In this document: in pieces, positions 34,257 to 46,084 of the stretch | How positions within the stretch are numbered: position 1 is the stretch's first letter | Layout: the number at the start of each line of letters is the position of its first letter | NCBI GenBank assembly: GCA_003971905.1 | Contig: RSEE01000024.1 | Location: 124,001-188,000 of the forward strand | Origin: Moniliella sp. 'wahieum' | Lineage: Eukaryota | DNA: 64,000 nucleotides | Direction: 5' to 3' | Position numbers and translations under genes: made by a program | Notes under the pieces: model-generated | Told to the model about the DNA's origin: nothing | Databases searched by the model: none | The model's input: only the letters and a program-made list of their open reading frames with translations

Positions 34257-35849
34257 CGCGGTGGGGGTGGCGGTGGCGGTGGCGGCGGTGGGGGTGGCGG
34301 TGGGGTGGTGAGGCCGGGAAGGAAAAACTTATCAATCCAGGGCCGGGGCGCGTGTAGGCGGGAGCGGCAGAAGGCGAGACCCAATCACATGGACAAAAAC
34401 TCAGGGGCAGGGGGGCAGTGTGGCGGCAGCAACAGATTGGATTGGGTTCGGCAGAGCGCGATTGGCGCTTAGTATTATTGGCTTGGTGGGCGGGGGCGTT
34501 GTCAATCCTGGGCTGCGGCGCGCCACTATCAGTGTAACACTATCGTAATCATCAACCGATTCGCACCCGCACGTGACGAATCATGACTGGGACACCCGCC
34601 CATAGTTGCTCTTTTTCCGCACAGTCCACCACGCAGCTTCTTGTAACCCCCGCTCAGTATATTGTGTGTTGCAACACCTCCCTCAAATGGAAGACGAGAT
34701 GTGCCAGCCGAGTCATGCATGGCCTGCCCGCAACTGCAGCCAACAAGCAAAACTCTCTCTCACGTGGCAACTGCGCACACACACCAGCAGACACGCGCGG
34801 GAACAAGACATCCTCGGAAAAAACACCAAAACACTCGAATATGAACCCGAAACATCACTTGGTTGTGCCATCGTTCTTCCATCGCCACTATACCGGACAT
34901 CCACTTGAAGGTTCTTCATCTCGGGCATAGAGAGGAGCATCAATTGAGGGAGAAGTGCTAGATCCAGATCCATTCTTCCCTCTCTACTATCTCTCTGTAG
35001 CTATATAAAACGAGAGGTGGCCGCATCTACTGTACGCCGCTTTTTACGCCCCCGTTGCTGTCTTGTGGGCGGTCAGTCTGATGGTATCTCTTCATCAATT
35101 TCGATACCACGCGCCAACACACGCATCAGCACACGTTCAATTGAACACTGAACGTCGGGCTGACCGTTGTGTCTGACGGTACCATTTTCACTGATATCGC
35201 ATGTTGCAATAACCACAACGTCCCCCCCCCCTTCTCCTATATTGCTTTCCCAATCGTGAACAATATATAGGGTGCCTAAGCTGTCCTACGTGGCCATGGC
35301 CATACAGAGGCATCCCGCTGTGCATTCCTGCAGCACGCAGTGGTCCTCTACCGCTATAGGATAACTTTCGCACGCTCTTTTCCTGATGAGTTGTTTCCTC
35401 CATTAATACGACTTTCTTTGGATCTCTGGAGCAGCCTGTCAGTCGCATCACGCAAGAGCGCTAGCAGATTAATCAATACTGTCAGGATATGGAACCGGGA
35501 AATTGGCGATCCTATAGTAGACTGTGACTTTGCAGCTACATGGGTCGGGCTAACGAGCGTTGACGGTTGATGCGCGGCTGACCGAGTCGTAGATGTTCCA
35601 GCTGTGACTGTGGTGGCGTATCCTCGTGGGAGTTACTTTTTGGATATATATGTCGATGGTATTCATTGCCGTCGGCAGCATGGAATGGCGCATTATCTCT
35701 AAGTCATAAAATCGGTTGGTTGGCCTGCACTTTTTACATCAGCTGCCCCGTGACACGTTCCCAGCCACCCGCAGCCAGAGTATCGGTGATATTATTTGCC
35801 CTCTCCAGCGTGGAAGGGTTCCAGCATGGAACGGTAGCGACGGTGGAAC

Positions 35850-36003
35850 GGTGGCTAAGGTGGCGAAGGGGACCGGTGGCTAAGGTGGCGATGGTGGGCC
35901 GGGGGGACGGTGGCTAAGGTGGCGACGGGGGAACGGTGGCTAAGGTGGCGACGGGGGAACGGTGGCTAAGGTGGCGAAGGGGGAACGGTGGCTAAGGTGG
36001 CGA
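35850..36003. repeat. Minisatellite: 6 copies of GGTGGCTAAGGTGGCGA with 8-17-nt G-rich linkers (modal unit 26 bp)
   Basis: Core copies start at 35850, 35875, 35909, 35935, 35961 and 35987. Confidence 0.9.
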
Positions 36004-36636
36004 CGCAGCACCATGCTGGGGCGAAGCCCCAGCCGACCGGGCCGTAGGCCCGGTGGTCCTCCTCGTAATATTTACCAGAGGAAAGAGCTGCAATCACACA
36101 ACGATTCCTTCTCCTCTCATCGATCTCCTCTCAGATCTCACCTCTCTCCATTTCCTTCGTACACCCGTCTGTTTTTCCGTGTCATCGTTTGTTGGCGGGG
36201 TGTGGGTTTTGACCAAAGCTCTCCCACAGTGGTCTTCAGGGCCACTGCACGGCAGCTCTACTAGGGTCATGCTCATGGCAGCATGAAGTTCTGTCGTAGA
36301 CAATAGAAGTTTTGGAAACAAAAATGAGACGACCACATGGCTGTCTTTCCCCTCGCCTTTTGGTCTTTATCTTCTTGTGAACGCTTGATACTTGCGACTC
36401 CTCCGGTCATCTCTTCATCAGCTTCATCGACTTTGTCTGGTACTGTAACACTTATTGTGGCTTCATGCTTCAAGCTCTCTTCAAGCTTCATTTTTTACTC
36501 CAGTAACTATTGTCACTAGTCACTAGCTACTGGTGAAATCGTTGAAGCTCTAAGATCTAAGCCACCATTCACATGCATCACAGTCGCGTCCATTTCATTG
36601 ACAGAGCTTAAGGCTGGGACAGGTAACAGTCGCTAT

Positions 36637-36663
36637 TCACTAGTCACTAGTCACTAGTCACTA
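36637..36663. repeat. (TCACTAG)~4 heptamer tandem repeat; further copies near 36513, 36804 and 37023
   Basis: tcactagtcactagtcactagtcacta. Confidence 0.85.
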
Positions 36664-37903
36664 CTCAACTATTATGCTCCACAAAATGATCGCCCATTGC
36701 CTCACCTCCTCATTTTCGATTGGCCTGCCTGCCCCCACAAAAATCAACAAAGTCCTGTGCACGTGTCACGACAGTGTTATACTATATAGCTCTAATCACT
36801 TGGCCACTAGTCACTATACTAGTCACTATTTAGCCAGTATATCCCCTCTAGCCACCCTATAGCCACGCTCGGCGCTCAAGCTCATGGCGCTCAAGCTTCA
36901 AGCTGCTCAAGGCTCAAGTCAGTGCAACTACACAGCCGTTGTCATTTGGCCACTTGTTACGATTAATGTCACGCCCAGCACGCACGCGTCACGCGACATG
37001 GCGCTCAGCCGCTCTTCAAGCTTCACTAGTCACTAGTCACTATAGATGAAAAGGTAATATATATACTTGTGGCAATGGCAGACGAGCAAGGCACAGGGGA
37101 AGAGGTGGTGTGGATGCAATCAGGGGGAAAATGCACCCCGGAGGCGCAACAGGAAGGGGCGGTACAGAGGCAGAACGGGACATCCTCGCACAAGACTCTT
37201 CCGTACTACTCATCGGTACTTACTATGCTCAGTACTTTTGTCTTTGAGTGCAGTGGATAATACGAGGGCGTGTGAGTATAAAATGTGGGGGATGGTCGAT
37301 GGAGCGGCTAGGACAGAGTGTGGCAGATCCTCAGACCTTGATATACAACTGAGCTTGAGGTACCGTACCCGAAAAGGCAACCGTCGAGCGGCCCGGGGGA
37401 CCAGCGAGAGAGGTGGTGAAAAGGCCTCGAGCCTGAAAAGGGGCCTGAAGCATGTGTCCGCGCTTGGGCGCGCTCTGCAATGTGGAGAAAAAAATGCGAC
37501 GAAGCATGGCCACCTTTTGGCTTGGATTTCTTCACCGACTGCACCTCCCCATGGTAGACGTGTGAGCTTGTGAAGAGATACCGTGTGAGAACTGAAGCTG
37601 ACATTTCCTACACCGCGGCACGTCGGTTGTTTACAAGCAAAGCCATCTGCGGAGCCTCAAGCGTCAAGCTCTCAGAATGTCAGATCTCAGAGCAGGCCTG
37701 TGAAATTTGAAACAGGTGCGCTACACTCGGCAAAAATCTGGCAGGCATCCATGATGCATGATGCATGAGTGCGTGATATAAAAGTTAAAACCTTCAAGTG
37801 TCGATGATCGATGAAGACTTCGGATGACTCTGAGCAAGCCACCCAAGTGTGGCACCAGTGATCGAATGGACGGGGGCGATCGGGGGTTGAGCGATGGAAT
37901 CGA

Positions 37904-37935
37904 TCAAGCTTGAAGCTTGAAGCTAGCTTGAAGCT
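37904..37935. repeat. (AAGCTTG)n heptamer tandem repeat
   Basis: tcaagcttgaagcttgaagctagcttgaagct. Confidence 0.8.
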
Positions 37936-38148
37936 CGCGCTGAGGAACAGAGGCAGAGGCAAAAGAGATGCGGATGATGGTGGCGTCTTTTGCAACGTAC
38001 CCGCGTACGCTCGGGTGCCATTGTTTGGCGTTGGGGGGTAGTTGCCAGTTGCACGTTGCCGGTTGGTGAGGCCTGAGGCGGACAGAGGCGCAGCGCCCAT
38101 GTGTGGGAGGCAGGCGGCGTGCAAAGAAGTAAACATGGAAAGGGTGAC

Positions 38149-38192
38149 TGTAACATGTAACCGGTAAGCGGTAAGCGGTAAGCGGTAACCGG
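38149..38192. repeat. (GGTAAGC/GGTAACC)n heptamer tandem repeat
   Basis: tgtaacatgtaaccggtaagcggtaagcggtaagcggtaaccgg. Confidence 0.8.
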
Positions 38193-38860
38193 CAAACACG
38201 TTCAACGGTGGCCAGCAAGGGTGCAGCGTCGCTTCCATTGTGGCGGCGTCGCAGCCGTCGCCGACGCCGTCGCTTCCGCCCTGCCCCGCCCGCGTCGGCG
38301 GCCACATTTCAAATGTCCTCGTCGCTTAGAGGCACGGGGCCCTAGGCACTGGCCACCGGTGGCATGCGTGACATGTGACATGCCACACATCACCGGCCCA
38401 GCATCACACATCACGCACGCGGGCTTGGTCGGTACTTTAAGCTTTGGGTGCTCAGGCTTGGCAGCGGGCACGCACTAGCACACACTTGCCCCCGCGCACA
38501 GCGAGGTGCTTCCCCGCCCCACCCGACAGGCGCCGTGCGACGCCCGCGAGCGTCGTTGCCATCACTGCCGCCCCGCCGGCAAGCCACACACCAGCACAGG
38601 CGCAGTGTGCTGGTATCATCGTCTTTTGGCCGTCTTCTTGCGGCAGCGTGGCTGGGGCTGGCGCGCTCCTCTGGCCAGTGCTACCCACTAGCGGCTGCTG
38701 CTGGCTGCCTCCCGCACTGCTCCTCCCACTGCTCCCGGCGCCTCGCTTGCCGCTCCGCTGCCCCACTTCTCCTCCTCCTTCTCCTCCTCCTCCTCCGTCT
38801 CTTGCCAGCGCCTCCCCCTTCGTTTCCCTTTTGCTTCCCCACGAGGGTCCGGTGGCAACC

Positions 38861-41800
38861 ATGTCCGCCATGCTGCCCTCCCCCTCCTTCCTTGTCGCAC
38901 GCTCCGTTCCCCTCCACGCCCTCGACGCCGCCCCGCCCGGCTTCCCCCTCTCGCCTGCCACCAGCAACATCACCGAGCTGGCCCTCTACTACACCCCCAC
39001 CCCGTCCCCCAGCGCTTCAACCCCGGCATCGTCGTCGCCTCCATCATTGTCTCCATCCTCGGCTCCTACTCCACCCTCCTGCTCCTCTCCAAACGCACCT
39101 CCAACCATGGCATCCGCAACTTTGCCTGGCTCCTCGCCGCCGCCGTCACCCAGATGGCCGTCGGTATCTGGGGCATGCACTTCATTGGCATGCACATGAT
39201 CCTCCGCCCCCAACCGGGCGTGTCGTGGTGGATGCACTTCAACAGCGGCTTTACCGTCTTTAGTCTCTTTGTCCCACTCGCTGCATTGGCTGCTGCCTTT
39301 TACTTTGTCACAGTCAACACACTCTCTCACATCCGTGTCATCTTCAGCGGCATCACTGCCGGTGGCATTGTGGCCCTGATGCACTACTCGGCTTCGTTCA
39401 AACCAACTTTGTGGTGCGGTACAAGGCGGTCCATGTTGTGTTTTCCATTGTTCTTGTTCTTGCGTGTCTGTCTGCTACCGCGGCCCTCTTTACCTTTTTC
39501 CGCCTGCACGCGCAATGGTCCGACTCGTGGTGGAAGCGGTTGCTGTGCGCTCTGGTCCTTGCAACAGGTGTGTCGTCGATGCATTATCTCGGCCAGGCTG
39601 GAACCATGTTCTTTGTGCCCAAGGAGCATGATCGCATGCTTGCCATCTTGCACACCACCGACTCGCAAAGTATCAGTACCGCCATTGCCATTGGCGCCAT
39701 GTGCGGTGCGATTATCATTACCTCCTTTCTTCTGACCATGTCGGACTTGCTGCGTGTGCAGGCGGCACGTGAACGTGCGCGGAAGATTGTCGTGTGCTCT
39801 GCCACGTTTGACAAGCAAGGTCGCTTGCTGGTCAAGCCCGATGGCACTGTGCCCATGGTGGTGATCGAGTCGGAGATTCAGCCCAAGGACATGCTACATT
39901 ACCTCGACCGACGTCAGCCGCTGTTCCAATGGCTCTATGCCATCTCCTGGGACTGGGGCATGGTCCTCCCCTTTGTCCGGTCCATTGAGGCCCGCTTCCG
40001 TCGAACTCAGCCGGGTGCCAACTCGATCTTAGAGCAGGCCTCGCCCTTGGCTCGCCTCTTTGGTTTCCGCAGCAAGCCCCAGCCGGAAGCGTTTGCTGAC
40101 GACGGAAAGGGACCCGGCAACATTGATCTGGGCGAGTTCAAGGACCGATACATTTCGGCTGCTCATCACCTCTCGATCGAGCTGGCCATCCCGATGGAAA
40201 GTGTGGGAGTTCTGTACGACCGTGTGTTTCCCAATGGCTCTCTCCTGTACCACGAGCAAGAGCAGGAAAAGAAGCGGGCGCGGCGCAACCGCAAGTCGGC
40301 ACGGGCCAACAGGGTCCAATGAAAAGAAGCAGGACGACGAGGATGGTGATACCGCCGATCTTTCGGCGGATGATGTCTCCTCCTTGTCATCGGGTCCGGT
40401 GTCCAGTGTATTTAACGACGAAAGTGGCGACCAGGAAGGTTTGCTCCTCTTCCTCGTCCGTGAAGTGGGCAACGGGGACGCCTTGGCAGCCCAGAACGAG
40501 ATCACGCGCTACGAGGAAAAGGGTACCGGATGACCGAAACGCGTTTCTTGATCCGTGTCCTGTCCGACCGTTTGTCGGTGCCCAAGCCCGAGATGGCCGA
40601 CATGCTCAATGCACTTAAGCTCTATGCCAAACGTGGTACACGGCCCGTTGTTCAGCCGGGGGGCGTGTATGTGGGCATGTTTGGTGTGCGCCCGACTACG
40701 TCGGTGTATGGCGGGTTGGATGTGCTGACGTACGGGTTTGCCAAGCACATGATTCCGGCCTTTCGCGTTCCGGATGTACCCAAGGTGACACCCGAGATGC
40801 GGTCGTTTATGCGGGTGTTGGATCAAATGTCGTTGGACGAGGCGATGCGGACGTGTGAGCGCGAGTCGATCCGATCGGGCGAACGGAGGCAGTACTTGAA
40901 CCAAGATGGCGTCCTCCCGCCCACGCCGAGGAAGAACTGATTCAGTTCCAGATGGCGCTCTTCCTCGCCCTCGACGCGCTGGGCAACGCCATGTCGTTTT
41001 AATCCGCGCATCGCGCAGAGCAGTCGTCTGTCGGCGGAGCTGCTGGAAGTGCCCTCCAGCCTGGACGATTCGTCGGCGCCGGCGCAGATGATTTTGGTTC
41101 AGGCGGTGTTGCCTTCGGAAGATGCGGCGGCCCACCCATACGGCGACACGTCGGCCGTCCCAGATCCCAATACGGTGCCAACTGAAACGAATGGAAACGG
41201 GACACCGTTTGTGTTTGTGCCCTACACCCTGTTTGCCAAAGCGCAGATGATGCTTCTGCGGGGCCAGCAGGCCGACGAGTTTGAAGATGAAGTCAACACA
41301 GAACTTCGTCGGCGCCATCCCAACTTGCTTATGGCCGGCGCTGAATTTGACGAGGGCAGCGAGGCAGAGGAAGATGCGAATGGGGATCGCTTGGGTTCGC
41401 GCAGCGTGATGCGTAACCCTCTGGCCACCCTGGCTGCTGCGACAGGGATGGTGACGGGGACGAACAACCCCGACGCCCGATCCGGTCGGTCGGGCAAAGA
41501 GGCAGGTGCCACGTCGCATTCCCGCTCCCGTTCAGGCTTCCCGTCTGGCACAGGTGGTGCGGGAACCGGGGCGGGTTCCCGCCGTGTGCGCACCCGCCCT
41601 CGCGCACGCAACAATCCCGAGACGTACGAGCTCACCGCGCGGCTTCGGATGGATGCCGAAGCGGGGGCGCAGGGAGCGGGAACGGCCAGTGCGCAGATCG
41701 CAAAGCAATGGGCCGCCCATGAGCAGGAAGGCCCAGGGTCCCAATCGTCGGAAGACCAACGGTCCGAAGACAAGCCGCGGGTCCAAGTCCAACTTTCCTC

Positions 41801-42212
41801 GCTCCATCAACCAGCCTCCCCCTCGGACGGGTTCCACACCAAATCCGACTCGGCCACCTCCACCACCCTGTCCCAGTCCCAAGCCCAAGCACATGCACTG
41901 TCTCCACGCTCGGCCAACCGCATGCAAATGTACCCCCCGACGGCGGAAGCGCGCCACTCGGTGCCCCTATCGGAACGAGGGGCAGGTATGGCGGACGTGA
42001 CGTCCGGCCGCTCGGCCCGCTCGGGCTGGTCCAACCGATCCAATCGGCGCTGGGCCGCTCGCCAGGCGCCAGAGGTGGAGATGGTGCCGTCGGTCGAACC
42101 GAACGAAGCATCGTTGCGCGCGCGTCTCACTTCGGACGATTGGTCCGCCAGACAACTCGAGTCGTTAGGACGAGGACCAGCTGGCCCGCTCCTCTTGGGC
42201 GTCGAGTACTAA
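38861..42212 (+). CDS. MHYT-domain integral membrane sensor-like protein with a long cytoplasmic C-terminus (several frameshifts)
   Basis: FNPGIVVASIIVSILGSYSTLLLL, then three MHYT-type repeats VGIWGMHFIGM, IVALMHYSA and GVSSMHYLG; C-terminal FDKQGRLLVKPDGTVPM..PLFQWLYAISWDW. Confidence 0.85.
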
Positions 42213-44584
42213 AGCCTAAGGCTAATCAGTTCTTCGGCCCTCTCTCGACCTGGGGGTACCTGCACCGCATGCCTCGGTAGCCTCCCGCGTACCGTACCCT
42301 TCCGGCGCCTGCTCGGGCCGTGGCATCGGCTTGACCAGAGTTCTTCGACGATAAAATCTGACAAAAGGCAATGTAAACTTCCCCTGCCTTTTGGTCTTGT
42401 TCTTGGTTGCACCACCCTACTTCCGCTTTTCCCCCTCACCACCTTTTTCTTTGCTACACTGTTATCCCGCACCGCTGTCCCTGATCCACTCTCCTTTCAT
42501 ACCCCCTACCCCCTCACCCCTCTCTCTTGGAACTTTCCGTATGTACAGCTGTGCCCTCTCTCTGTCTCCCATGTGCTTGGAGAATCACTGAATTGCTAAT
42601 AATAATATGTGTCCCGTGTCAGGCCAAGACCTCAAAGGAAGATGAACGATGAATAGGGAAGAAGATGGGTCTACTATAGCGAGAAGTTATCTTTTTAACA
42701 TCCGTATCACAACAGTAACATGTTTATTGCCAGAAAAAGTCTCTGCCGTCGCGCTGCAATAAGCTCGAATGCCAGATCACTGTTTCGGTGGTGTGGTGTA
42801 TTCATCGATTCAATAGAGACGCAGAAGAAGAAGACCCGTGGTAGAGTAAGGCCTCACCTGGCAAGCCCCCTTGCTGTCTCTCCCCTGCGTCCAACTCCAT
42901 AAACAAGAACCATTGGATGATGAGGCCCTCTAGAGAAAGGATTGAAGAGAGGGGAGAATAGGAGAAAGGAACCAAGGAAGTGCGAATCGGCCTCTTGTGC
43001 GATATATATCCGTTAGTGGCAGAGCCATGCACACGATATAAGCACCGTCTGTGGTATATATATAGGGACTGGGGGTGAAGGGAGGATGGAATGCAAGCGC
43101 CAGCCTGAGCGTCAGGGCAAACTAGATCTGTCCGAAGGGCGGTTCTTTTAGTTTGTGCTGAGATAGGTCATAGTCTGGATCCCTGAGGTCACATGACCTG
43201 TCACAGGAAGGGGATGGCTCGATGACGATGGCGGCTGCCGAAGCACAATGAATAGTGACTAGGACTCAGTGGGGTACGACTTGGAGGGAGACGAGTGGGA
43301 CCAACTACTATGGAGACAACCCATTCGTTGGCAGAAGAGAGGCGTCGTTGCCAGGAAGGGAGAAAGGAAGATTACCTGACAAGAGAGGTGTCACGTGGCG
43401 TGCACGTGACCCATGGCTTGCCGATGTACTCGACCTGCCTCTGCACCATCGAGGTAGGGTTGTCTTCACCCACGATGCTGGTGTATGACGTAGCCCCGAT
43501 CGAGACGAGGGTGAGATCTGGGAGTTACCCATCGGCCTCCGAACGTTGAGGCTGCTGAGGGCAGCTGGCGAGCATCGCCCAGCGCCCATCGCCCATCCAA
43601 TCGATCTTCGTCCATGTCGATTCAAGGCCCGTGAAGGCCCCCATCGATCTTCGGCTCGGTCCATGGCATGTGGATGTGTCGTCATTCGCGTCATTAATCA
43701 TTGCCCTTCGCCTACGCCCGAGACCCCACACAGCGCCCAGCCCGGCCATACCAACAACACATACTATACTGTACCCATCACGAACTGCCGTTGGATCTAT
43801 GACGCGGTATACTGTGTGCTGCCAACAGGATGTCGCCACCACAAACCGCTCTCCGCTCTCCTGCCTTCTCAAGGCGTTATTCCCGTGCGGCGTTAGGTCG
43901 TACTAGTGTCTTTTCAGGCCTCCCGTCTCTCTTGGTCTCTCGCCCCTCTCTCTCCGTTTCTCTCCGAAGGCCGCATGGTTGGTGATATATGATACTTGTT
44001 GGGCTAGCCTTCGCCATAGCCAGGGCAGTGATGGTGATGGTGATGATGAGCACGAACATCATTCGGATCGGCACGCATCGCAGCAGCATGTATATGCAGA
44101 GCGTTTGGGGGCGTACGCATCGGCCTTGGAGACATGGGTCTCACACCCCCACATGCAGTGGGAAGGGAAGAGCAGAGAGTCGGAGTATCGCCACTGCTCC
44201 ACATTTTCAGCAGACACAGCCTCTTTCGCCACACAGTAGGCAGAGCATTCCCTCGCGATCTACACCTCCTTCCGAACTTTCACATGTCGGGGTTGAACAC
44301 ATGCCGACTCAGTATATTCCCATGCCAGTGGAACGCGGCTACCGTGCTACCGATCTCCAGAGAGTGAGGCCCGGCCCAATCCACGAACCCCCGGAGAGGA
44401 TAGAACCTATATGGTGTGCTCTTCTCCCCATTAAGCAGTAGCCTGCTGGCAGCCGACTGTAGTGACAGGCCCCTCTAGGGTCTAGCCCACGATTGGGCTC
44501 ACCACAATCATGGGGAAAAAGGCTGGAAAGGACCGTGCACGCAAACATCGCATCTTACTCTGCCCTCTCAAGAGATTTGGAGGG

Positions 44585-44592
44585 TATATATA
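44585..44592 (+). promoter_or_regulatory. TATA box of GRG1
   Basis: TATATATA about 100 bp upstream of the ATG, followed by a C/T-rich leader. Confidence 0.55.
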
Positions 44593-44688
44593 CCCCCGTT
44601 TCCATGCCCGTCCCATCCAGTCCAGACACCTGCCCACTCCACTCCACTTCTACACACCTTCTTCACCCACTTTTCCACGACTACAACA

Positions 44689-44999
44689 ATGGCTGACACC
44701 ATCAAGAAGTAAGTTGTTCTTCGGGTAAGCTCTGCGACGAGGAGCGTCGTACTGGGGAGCATATTGTGAACAAAACCACTAACCCGTGATGCCCTATCAG
44801 CGCTATCAACTCGGCCACCGAGACTGTTCAGCAGTACGCCTCGGGCGCGTCCAAGGAGGCCAACAAGAACGTGGCCAAGAACGACAACGCTGACCTCAGC
44901 ACGCGCGCCAGCGCCGCCAAGGACGCTGTTGTGGACAAGTTCAACGAGACGAAGCACGACGCTTCGGCTACGGCTAACAAGGAGGCCGCTTTGAACTAA
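44689..44999 (+). CDS. GRG1: Glucose-repressible protein Grg1/ccg-1 family; intron 44709-44800; missing from the ORF track
   Basis: Spliced product MADTIKNAINSATETVQQYASGASKEANKNVAKNDNADLSTRASAAKDAVVDKFNETKHDASATANKEAALN; GTAAGT..ACTAAC..CAG intron. Confidence 0.92.
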
Positions 45000-46084
45000 G
45001 CCGCCCTTGCGACCAACATCGGAGAATGATATTTCCAGAACGTTGCGACGGTCCCTCTGTTAAAGAACAATTATGCCAAATTGGCCCTATCTCATTTTGT
45101 TGTGGGTGCTGAAAGTATGATAGTCACCAGGGTGAAACGCGCAAGGTGGGATAGAAGAGAAAGCCGGAGTCGCTTTCCCTCCCGATATCCAATCACGCAA
45201 AATGGAGAGAGCGATAAACGCACCTTTGACGCTGTGGGGACTGACTCTTTGTATATAGAAAGGTGATGAACTGTTGCGACCGAAAAGATAGAGAAACCAC
45301 AACATGTGAACTAACGAGATCGTTTCAGCTGCGAGGGAGGGGGATAGGAAGGAAGGGTTTTGGGGAGGAATTACCAGCAAAAGGGACGAGGATCAGGAAA
45401 GGGGCCACAGTCTAGACAAAAGCTATCAGAATGGCGTGTGGTTTCCGACCCAGGAACGGTCCTCTATACTGAGAGCGCGACTCTCTATCGCAACTTACCT
45501 CTCCTCTCCGCAATAAAACCCCGCGATATTGAAGCTCCGAGAGAGGAATGCGTGTGAACAACATTGCGGCCACGTGCAGCCCCCCCCCCTCCGCCTCCCC
45601 CAGCAGCCGTGGTGCGTCGGATCAGGATGGGAGTGGAACTGCTGCAGAGCCACGACCCAGGGCTGCAATCTTTGCTAGGTTCCTGGGCAGCAGCCGCTCA
45701 AACGTTTTCCCACCCCGAGTGGGCCTACTCGGTCTGAACCCTGTGGTACGCCGGCATCATATAATCCGACCATCCTTGGATCCGTCCGATTCGGCTGCAC
45801 GTGGCCGCCATATCGGCCGCACCCGTTCCCGGTCTATTGTTCCCCCCACCACACTTGGAGGGTAGTGCTAGGGTTCCCCTACACGGCACTCAGTGGATCG
45901 GGGACGCTCGCTTAGCCGGGTGTCAGAGTTCCGTTCACAGGCCGCGCCCACGCTCTCCACATCTCTCCCTTTTCTCTCTCCTTCTTCCCTTCAGACGTTG
46001 TTGCTTGAAGACTTGTGGCTCATCACTTTGCCTTCACGCCTTGTCTGAAGGCTGCATTGCAGCTGATCCATAGGATCACGCGGA

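Noticed and set aside
35850..36003. CRISPR-like repeat/spacer look of the minisatellite
   Set aside because: Linkers are 8-17 nt and similar to each other, there are no cas genes, and the context is eukaryotic
36513..37043. CACTA motifs as CACTA/EnSpm transposon ends
   Set aside because: They are part of (TCACTAG)n tandem arrays; no paired TIR with target-site duplication and no transposase
42687..42913. Possible small spliced minus-strand ORF downstream of a TATA run
   Set aside because: No canonical CTRAC branch point and no recognisable 40-aa product
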